A stretch of 32,000 nucleotides of DNA from Nitrososphaerota archaeon (GTDB taxonomy: Archaea; Thermoproteota; Nitrososphaeria; Nitrososphaerales; Nitrosopumilaceae). Shown in pieces: positions 25,624 through 32,000 of this stretch. A program made the position numbers and the translations under genes. The notes under the pieces were generated by a model. The model ran no database searches. It had not been told where the DNA came from and was given only the letters and a program-made list of their open reading frames with translations. The first letter of the stretch is position 1, and each line of letters opens with the position of its first letter. The stretch covers positions 8,534 through 40,533 of the forward strand of contig JADFLH010000010.1 of the NCBI GenBank assembly GCA_022564515.1. The letters are read 5' to 3'.

Positions 25624-26693
25624 TAAAAAAGGGATGGTTTCAAAAAAAATTAAGAGGATACGCTAGTCTACAAGGATACCAAAAGCCCCAAAAATATACT
25701 GGAGTTCTAAAACTTGACTCTAATGAAAATTTTGTAATTGGGAAACAATACCAACAAGACCTAATACATAATGCACAAAAAATTTCAGATGTTAGAGAAT
25801 ATCCATTGGGCAGAGCAGAAAAATTAGTTGATGCTCTATCAAAGTATCTTAAAGTTCCACAAAACATGATTGGAATTGGAAATGGATCTGATCAAATCCT
25901 TGATTTAATTTTAACAAACTTTGCTTCGCCACAAACACGAGTTTTGACTTCAGAACCCACCTTTGGTTTTTTTGAGGAAAGATGTAAACTATATTCAATT
26001 CCCACAACGAAAATTCCATTTTCAAAAGACATGACCCTTGATTTGAGCCAATTTATGGAAAAATTAAAAAATTCTAATATACTATACATAGATTCACCAA
26101 ATAATCCAACGGGTTTTCAATTTCTAAGAAAAGATTTAGAAAAATTGGTAAAAAAATTTGAGGGTTTGGTAATTATTGATGAAGCCTACGGGAAGTTTGG
26201 AGATTATTCACTAATTAATTTGTCAAAAAGTATGACTAATCTAATTGTCGTTCAAACGTTTTCAAAAGCATTTGGACTTGCAGGTCTTCGCCTTGGGTAT
26301 TTTATCGCAAATAAAAACATCGTAGATGTTTTTTCGAGAGTCATACAATATCCATATCCACTGAATTCAATTGCAATAGAAGCAGGAATATTAGCTCTTC
26401 AAAAACCACAAATAATTTCTGATACTACAAACACTATCAAAAAGGAAAGAAAAAGAATAATTGATAATCTTAGAAAATATGATGCCTTTGAAGTCTTTGA
26501 TTCAAAAGCAAATTTTGTGCTGTTTGATGCTAAGGGGGCAGATAGTCATGTATTTACAGCCATGATAGAGCAGGGAATTTCCATCAGGAAACTTGGTAAA
26601 ATTGGAAAACATGAAGGATGCTTGAGAGTAACAGTAGGAACTAAAGAAATGAATTCAAAATTCTTGTTGGCGATACGTGATCTTTTAGGATGA
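25620..26693 (+). CDS. hisC: Histidinol-phosphate aminotransferase
   Basis: KLDSNEN, SPNNPTG and the PLP-lysine segment TFSKAFGLAGLRLGY, positioned between hisD and the rest of the operon. Confidence 0.9.
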   Translation: MIKKGWFQKKLRGYASLQGYQKPQKYTGVLKLDSNENFVIGKQYQQDLIHNAQKISDVREYPLGRAEKLVDALSKYLKVPQNMIGIGNGSDQILDLILTNFASPQTRVLTSEPTFGFFEERCKLYSIPTTKIPFSKDMTLDLSQFMEKLKNSNILYIDSPNNPTGFQFLRKDLEKLVKKFEGLVIIDEAYGKFGDYSLINLSKSMTNLIVVQTFSKAFGLAGLRLGYFIANKNIVDVFSRVIQYPYPLNSIAIEAGILALQKPQIISDTTNTIKKERKRIIDNLRKYDAFEVFDSKANFVLFDAKGADSHVFTAMIEQGISIRKLGKIGKHEGCLRVTVGTKEMNSKFLLAIRDLLG

Positions 26694-27661
26694 TGATTGC
26701 AAAAAAGAGTGATGGCATATACATCGATGATACCATATCTGTAAATGATCTTGATTCAATCATTTTTGATTGTGATGGTGTTTTAATCGATGTTACAAAT
26801 TCCTACGATAAAGTAATAACGAAAAGTACTGACTTGATGCTAAAGCAATCCACAAATAATTTAGACACAATACCTGTCACCCCGCAAATTATTGATGCTT
26901 TTAAAAAAACTGGCGGTTTTAATGATGAAGTTGACTTGACCTATGCAGCAATCATTTCACTAACTGCTGCATACAAACTAAACAAGGATGGAAATGAATT
27001 CATTTTTCAGGTAATTGAAAATGCGGATCAAACAGGAATAAATTCGATTGATAAATATCTAGACAGCTTAGATGTAGACATTTCTGATATACGGAAAAAA
27101 TTAAATTATCCCGGTATACATTCAGATAGTCTACTTTACTCAATTTTCGATCAATTGTTCTACGGCCCAGAACTTTATGAAAAATTATTTAATAAAAAAT
27201 CCCAATTTAATGAAAAAGGATTCATAGAATATGATAATGTAATTGTAACAAAAGAGTTGTTAGATAATTTAAAGAAAAGATTTAATGATAAAATTGCAAT
27301 CGTTACAGGAAGAGGAATTAATTCAATACGATGCTCACTAAAAGAACTATTAGAACAATTTAATGTTCAAAACTCAGTATTTCTTGAAGATGAATCAAGA
27401 GATCTTGCAAAACCAAATCCAGAAGCGCTTTTACGTTCAATTCGTGGCTTGAATACATCTCACTGTCTTTTTGTTGGTGATTCAATGGAAGATTTAATCA
27501 TGGCACAAAAGGCAACAGAAATTGGCAACAAAACAACTTTTTGCGCAATTATTGGAACAAGCAAAGAACCAACAGATAAAAGAAGATTTTTTGAAAAAAA
27601 AGGAGTAACCTTAATTCTTGACTCTATTCAACTTCTTCCGAAGGCATTAAATCTGGTTTGA
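26690..27661 (+). CDS. HAD-superfamily hydrolase with a large cap insertion; candidate histidinol-phosphate phosphatase
   Basis: All four HAD motifs are present: I is FDCDGVLID (D27, D29), II is IVTGR (T206), III is AKPNP (K241) and IV is VGDSMED (D264, D268). About 175 residues lie between motifs I and II. The gene overlaps hisC by 4 bp and sits immediately upstream of hisB. Confidence 0.7.
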   Translation: MMIAKKSDGIYIDDTISVNDLDSIIFDCDGVLIDVTNSYDKVITKSTDLMLKQSTNNLDTIPVTPQIIDAFKKTGGFNDEVDLTYAAIISLTAAYKLNKDGNEFIFQVIENADQTGINSIDKYLDSLDVDISDIRKKLNYPGIHSDSLLYSIFDQLFYGPELYEKLFNKKSQFNEKGFIEYDNVIVTKELLDNLKKRFNDKIAIVTGRGINSIRCSLKELLEQFNVQNSVFLEDESRDLAKPNPEALLRSIRGLNTSHCLFVGDSMEDLIMAQKATEIGNKTTFCAIIGTSKEPTDKRRFFEKKGVTLILDSIQLLPKALNLV

Positions 27662-27679
27662 GGCAGGTTACACTTCTCA

Positions 27680-28276
27680 GTGTTTTCTATGAAATCAAGA
27701 AAAAGTGAGATAAAACGAACAACAAAAGAAACTGATGTAACGGTTAGTGTTAACTTAGATGGAACAGGAAAAACTATCACAAACACAGGAATTGAATTTC
27801 TTGATCACTTGATTTCTGCTTTGGGAAAACACAGCATGATTGATCTTCAAGTCAAAGCAAAGTCTAGAGATAAAATTGAACACCACTTGATTGAGGATAC
27901 GGCAATTACCATTGGTTCAGCTATAGATAAAGCCCTTGGAAACAGAACTGGAATTACTAGATTTAGTTATGCATCTGTTCCTATGGATGAATCCTTGGCT
28001 GAAGCATCCATTGATTTGGTAAGACGACCTTACTACAATTTGACTCTGCTAACAAAGAGAGCAAAAATTGAAGGAATGTCAAAAGAAGACATTGAGCATT
28101 TTTTCCAATCATTACTGCAAAATCTGAACAGCTGTATTCACATTACTGTAAAGTATGGAGATAATGATCATCACAAAATAGAAGCTGCCATAAAATCATT
28201 AGCAGTGGCACTGAGGATAGCTGCTTCAAAAGACAAAAAACAGAAAGGAATCCCAAGTACAAAGGGAGCTATGTAA
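27680..28276 (+). CDS. hisB: Imidazoleglycerol-phosphate dehydratase (monofunctional)
   Basis: Motifs [19 protein letters not shown] and [16 protein letters not shown] are present. The start is GTG 27680 or ATG 27689. Confidence 0.92.
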   Translation: MFSMKSRKSEIKRTTKETDVTVSVNLDGTGKTITNTGIEFLDHLISALGKHSMIDLQVKAKSRDKIEHHLIEDTAITIGSAIDKALGNRTGITRFSYASVPMDESLAEASIDLVRRPYYNLTLLTKRAKIEGMSKEDIEHFFQSLLQNLNSCIHITVKYGDNDHHKIEAAIKSLAVALRIAASKDKKQKGIPSTKGAM

Positions 28277-28884
28277 TGGTTAAAGTAGCCATATTTGATT
28301 ATGGAGCAGGTAATATTTTCAGTCTAAAAAATTCCCTCGAAAAAAATAATGCAACAGTAGACATTATAACGAGTTTTGATAAAGCCAATAACTATTCAGG
28401 AATATTGCTGCCTGGGGTGGGAAACTTTGATCCTGCAATCAGAAGTATTAGAGATTACTCTAAGATTGATTTCCAAGATTACGTACAAGATAAAATTCCT
28501 GTTTTGGGAATATGTCTTGGCATGGAAATGTTTTTTGAGAAAAGTGAAGAAGGAAATGAAAAGGGCTTAGGAGTTATGGAAGGAGAAGTAATTATTCTCC
28601 CTAAAACCATGAAGGTTCCGCACATGGGTTGGAATAATATTAAGATAAAAAAACAAAGTAAGATTCTTGAAGGAATTAAAGATAGTTCTTGGGTCTATTT
28701 TGTTCACTCATTCATCGCTAGACCAAAAAAAGAAGAGGTGGTTAAAGCTGAATCAGATTATGGCATCAACATTCCAGCCGTTGTTGAAAAGGTAAACTTT
28801 TTTGGAACACAATTTCATCCAGAAAAATCTGGAAAAATTGGTTCTGTAATGATTAACAACTTTCTGAGTGAGTGTAAGAAATGA
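28276..28884 (+). CDS. hisH: Imidazole glycerol phosphate synthase, glutamine amidotransferase subunit
   Basis: VAIFDYGAGN, the catalytic GICLGMEMF and the GTQFHPEKSG triad motifs are present. Confidence 0.93.
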   Translation: MVKVAIFDYGAGNIFSLKNSLEKNNATVDIITSFDKANNYSGILLPGVGNFDPAIRSIRDYSKIDFQDYVQDKIPVLGICLGMEMFFEKSEEGNEKGLGVMEGEVIILPKTMKVPHMGWNNIKIKKQSKILEGIKDSSWVYFVHSFIARPKKEEVVKAESDYGINIPAVVEKVNFFGTQFHPEKSGKIGSVMINNFLSECKK

Positions 28885-29594
28885 AAATTATTCCTGCAAT
28901 TGATCTAATGGATGGGCAAGTAGTTCGTCTTGTAAAGGGTGATCCAAACAAAAAGACAGTTTATAGTAATGCTCCTCTTGAAATAGCAAAAAAATGGGAA
29001 AATGCTGGAGCAGACATGTTACATATTGTGGATCTTGATGCTACTTTAGGTATAGGTTCAAATTTAGAAATTATAAAAAAATTGGTGAGTGAGCTCAAGG
29101 TTCCTGTCGAAATTGCAGGAGGTTTACGTGATGAATATACCATAATTGAAGTGAGTAAATGGGCTGAAAGAGTCGTATTAGGAACATTAGCATTCAAAGA
29201 CAAAGAAACTGTACTAAAAATAGCTGAAACCATTGGAAAAGACAAGTTGGTAATTTCAATTGATCACATTGATGGAATAATTGTTGTTAATGGATGGCAG
29301 ACAAGTACTGAAACTAAACTACTTGATGGAATGAACAAATTTCTTCAACTAGGTTTTTCAGAATTTCTTTTGACTAGTGTCAGTAGGGATGGAACAATGA
29401 AAGGCCCTGATCTAGAACCATTACAACAAGCATGTTCATTAAAAAATGCAAACGTTATAGCAAGTGGAGGGATATCTGATATCGCAGATATAAAAAAAGT
29501 AAAAACTGTTAATGCATATGGTGTTATTCTTGGAAAAGCACTTTATGAAAATAAAATTTCAATAGATGAGGCAAAGAAAATAGCATGCCATTAA
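28881..29594 (+). CDS. hisA: ProFAR isomerase (1-(5-phosphoribosyl)-5-[(5-phosphoribosylamino)methylideneamino]imidazole-4-carboxamide isomerase)
   Basis: [15 protein letters not shown], the HIVDLDA region, SIDHIDG and [11 protein letters not shown] give a (beta/alpha)8 HisA pattern. Confidence 0.92.
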   Translation: MKIIPAIDLMDGQVVRLVKGDPNKKTVYSNAPLEIAKKWENAGADMLHIVDLDATLGIGSNLEIIKKLVSELKVPVEIAGGLRDEYTIIEVSKWAERVVLGTLAFKDKETVLKIAETIGKDKLVISIDHIDGIIVVNGWQTSTETKLLDGMNKFLQLGFSEFLLTSVSRDGTMKGPDLEPLQQACSLKNANVIASGGISDIADIKKVKTVNAYGVILGKALYENKISIDEAKKIACH

Positions 29595-30388
29595 CAAAAA
29601 GAATAATTCCATGTCTTGATGTGAAAAATGGAAGAGTCGTTAAAGGATTACACTTTATGTCAATCAAAGATGCAGGTGACCCTGTTCTATTAGCCAAAAA
29701 ATACAGTGATGATGGTGCCGATGAATTGATTTTTTTAGATATCACTGCATCTGAAGAACAACGTGAAATAATAAAGACTCTAGTAACTAAAGTTGCCCAA
29801 GTAATTGATATCCCATTTACAGTTGGCGGAGGAGTAAAGACATTGCAACATGCAAGAGATATTCTACTTAGTGGGGCAGATAAGGTAGCGATCAACACAG
29901 GAGCAGTAAAAAATCCAAAAATTTTAACTGAGCTAATGGAATTGTTTGGAAAACAATGTGTTGTTGTTGCTATTGATGCAAAAAGAAACTATAATACGGA
30001 AAAAGGAAAAAACATCTTCTCAGAAGGTGACCAAAAATTCTGGTTTGAGGTTTTTATTTATGGTGGGAAAAAGGAAACCGGTTTAGATGCAATAGAGTGG
30101 GCTAAAAAAGTAGAAAATCTTGGAGCTGGCGAAATCCTTCTAACAAGCATAGATAAAGATGGTACCAAAGATGGTTATGACATTATTCTTACAAAAGGGA
30201 TTGTTAATTCAGTCCCAATTCCAGTTATTGCTTCTGGCGGTTGTGGAAAAGAAGATCACATGCTTCAAGTTTTCAAAGAAACTGATGTGGATGCTGCGCT
30301 TGCGGCTTCAATATTTCATTATGAAACCCATGCTGTAGATAAAGTAAAGCAATATCTTAAGGAGAACAGCATTCCTGTAAGATTATAA
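29585..30388 (+). CDS. hisF: Imidazole glycerol phosphate synthase, cyclase subunit
   Basis: [49 protein letters not shown] and ASGG motifs are present. Confidence 0.95.
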   Translation: MPLTKRIIPCLDVKNGRVVKGLHFMSIKDAGDPVLLAKKYSDDGADELIFLDITASEEQREIIKTLVTKVAQVIDIPFTVGGGVKTLQHARDILLSGADKVAINTGAVKNPKILTELMELFGKQCVVVAIDAKRNYNTEKGKNIFSEGDQKFWFEVFIYGGKKETGLDAIEWAKKVENLGAGEILLTSIDKDGTKDGYDIILTKGIVNSVPIPVIASGGCGKEDHMLQVFKETDVDAALAASIFHYETHAVDKVKQYLKENSIPVRL

Positions 30389-30403
30389 ATAAATTTCATA
30401 AAA

Positions 30404-30748
30404 GTGAAAATTATGGAAAAAACAATTGATGATATTGATTTTTCAAAGGGAGACGGTTTAGTTCCTGTTATAGTACAGGATGTTAACACTAAAGAGGTTT
30501 TGACTCTGGCATATTCTAACAAAGAGTCACTTGAATTGACAAAGAAAACTGGAAACTCTTGGTTTTGGAGCAGATCACGTAAAAAACTTTGGATGAAAGG
30601 TGAAGACTCTGGAAACACACAAAAAGTTAAAGAAATCTTAGTGGACTGCGATTCTGATGCTATCATTTATCTAGTAGAACCATCAGGCCCAGCCTGTCAC
30701 ACAGGAGAACGAGTTTGTTTTCATAACCATTTGGCAAATGAGAATTAA
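30404..30748 (+). CDS. hisI: Phosphoribosyl-AMP cyclohydrolase (monofunctional, no HisE domain)
   Basis: LVPVIVQD, SRSRKKLWMKGEDSGN, DCDSDAI and GPACHTGERVCF motifs are present. The protein is only 114 aa, so the pyrophosphohydrolase (HisE) part is absent. The start is GTG 30404 or ATG 30413. Confidence 0.9.
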   Translation: MKIMEKTIDDIDFSKGDGLVPVIVQDVNTKEVLTLAYSNKESLELTKKTGNSWFWSRSRKKLWMKGEDSGNTQKVKEILVDCDSDAIIYLVEPSGPACHTGERVCFHNHLANEN

Positions 30749-31344
30749 CACACTTTTTCTTGATAATTTTCTTTGCTACCTGGAATTACTTGATCAACTA
30801 TTTCAAAGTGAAGATTTTCATAATTTGTTCCTTGAAATACAACGGCCCAACGTCCTATCAAATCATTTTTAGAGCAAATTCTCTTAACAGTGGAAAGATC
30901 CGGTTTAAAATATTGGTTGAATGTTAACTTTACTGAACCATCAAAAGGAATTGTAATGTATACAGAATAATGTGTTTCATTTAACGGTCTCAAAAAAGCG
31001 ATCTGACCTTTTTCTTGTGGTTGTAGATTCTTGATACTCACAAAAACACTTTCACCTAAAACATATCTTGATCTATCTATTTCAAAGGGTCCAGAAGTTG
31101 GCCAATCTCTTGGAGCAGGTTTATACTCTTCTTTGTCTATGATTTGTTTTTCTATCTCGGCATACTTTTCTTCAATTTTTGATTGAATTTCAACCTCCTC
31201 TTCAAGTTCTGATTCTGTCGCTTCTGTAATAATTTCCTCTTTGGGAAAATCATTTTGAATCGTATTGCTTTGTACCGCAAAATAACCACCAACAACCACT
31301 ACACCAATCCCTGCCAGCATTACAATAATTTTCAATTCATTCAT
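30745..31344 (-). CDS. Membrane-anchored hypothetical protein (N-terminal TM, acidic linker, beta-rich ectodomain)
   Basis: 199-aa ORF with the TM helix IIVMLAGIGVVVVGGYFAV, then a Glu-rich segment, then a probable all-beta domain. No motif was recognised. It overlaps the hisI stop by 4 bp, convergently. Confidence 0.55.
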   Translation of the reverse strand: MNELKIIVMLAGIGVVVVGGYFAVQSNTIQNDFPKEEIITEATESELEEEVEIQSKIEEKYAEIEKQIIDKEEYKPAPRDWPTSGPFEIDRSRYVLGESVFVSIKNLQPQEKGQIAFLRPLNETHYSVYITIPFDGSVKLTFNQYFKPDLSTVKRICSKNDLIGRWAVVFQGTNYENLHFEIVDQVIPGSKENYQEKVC

Positions 31345-31565
31345 TTTCTTTTCGGAATTTAGCTTTCTCTAAAAGTCTTTGTATAAATTAAAAAAATTAC
31401 CATAAATTCATTTTTTTTATGTAATTATTTCCCTAGAAATAGCATTTTGTTAAATTTGGATAAAATACTTATCAACTATTACTAAATTTTATATGTGAAA
31501 AAATTAAGTATTACTTAACTTGATATTAGAATTTTTTATCAGCACTAGCATAGGCTGGAGATTAC

Positions 31566-32000
31566 ATGACTAAGATAATGCTACAATGCAGAGAATGCAA
31601 AAAAGAGTATGAGGCTACTTTCAAGTATATCTGCGATGATTGCTTTGGGCCCTTAGACGTAAAGTATGACTTTCCCTCAATAAATAAGGAAACATTTGCA
31701 AACAGAGAACAAACTTACTGGCGGTACTTTGAAATGCTTCCAATTTTGGATAAATCAAATATAGTCAGCATTGATGCTGGCATGACTCCATTAACAAAGG
31801 CTGACCAGCTTGGAGATGCATTGGGCCTGACAAATCTTTACATAAAAAATGATTCAGTAAATCCAACATATTCATTCAAGGACAGGCCGGCTGGCATTGC
31901 AGTTTCAAAAGCAAAAGAATTTGGTCTTCTTGCTGTTGGTTGTGCATCCACAGGAAATCTAGCATCTGCAACTGCAGCACATGCCGCAAAAGGGGGATTT
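31566..32000 (+). CDS. thrC: Threonine synthase, N-terminal part (gene runs off the window end)
   Basis: My own translation from the ATG at 31566 gives MTKIMLQCRECKKEYEATFKYICDDCFGPLDVKYDF...NPTYSFKDRPAGIAVSKAKE...GCASTGNLA. This shows an N-terminal zinc ribbon, the PLP-lysine motif SFKDR and the GN(L/A) segment of archaeal-type ThrC. It is absent from the track because there is no stop within the window. Confidence 0.85.
   Translation, partial: MTKIMLQCRECKKEYEATFKYICDDCFGPLDVKYDFPSINKETFANREQTYWRYFEMLPILDKSNIVSIDAGMTPLTKADQLGDALGLTNLYIKNDSVNPTYSFKDRPAGIAVSKAKEFGLLAVGCASTGNLASATAAHAAKGGF

Noticed and set aside
1-32000. Scan for CRISPR repeats, IS elements or transposases, integrases, prophage genes, and restriction-modification, toxin-antitoxin or other defence modules.
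   Set aside because: No direct-repeat arrays, terminal inverted repeats or relevant protein motifs were found. The tRNA at 20797-20903 shows no adjacent integrase or att-like duplication. The window looks like core genome.

Overview
This is a gene-dense, AT-rich archaeal chromosome segment in which almost everything is coding and many neighbouring genes overlap by 4-8 bp. Archaea-specific markers are the group II chaperonin, r-proteins eS27 and eL42, exosome Csl4, Dph2, TiaS, CobY and MptE. Together with the low GC content, these make a Nitrosopumilus-like thaumarchaeon the most likely source; that assignment is an inference, not a verified hit.

In order, the window contains:
- the 5' end of asd;
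- a late cobalamin module (cobD, a short cobQ, cbiB, cobS, cobY);
- rps27e and rpl44e;
- adenine deaminase, a thermosome subunit and a ROK sugar kinase;
- a purine/pterin cluster: guaA, an unknown gene and mptE, divergent from folP-guaB;
- pheA, csl4, a TPR protein, dph2 and tiaS;
- an initiator-type tRNA(CAU) carrying two insertions;
- a PQQ-type sugar dehydrogenase homolog and a class II HMG-CoA reductase;
- a bacterial-style colinear histidine operon, hisG-D-C-(HAD)-B-H-A-F-I;
- the 5' end of thrC.

I see no CRISPR array, transposase, integrase, prophage or recognisable defence or toxin-antitoxin genes. This looks like core genome, not an accessory island, and I cannot point to a clear novel multi-gene system.

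The items most worth follow-up are:
- a large-cap HAD hydrolase embedded in the his operon, a candidate for the unassigned histidinol-phosphate phosphatase;
- a CobQ homolog that cleanly lacks its glutamine-amidotransferase domain;
- the tRNA with a canonical 37/38 intron plus about 16 extra nt in the D-loop;
- a PQQ-dehydrogenase homolog whose catalytic His appears to be replaced by Ser;
- a mirror-symmetric 49-bp bidirectional promoter between asd and cobD.
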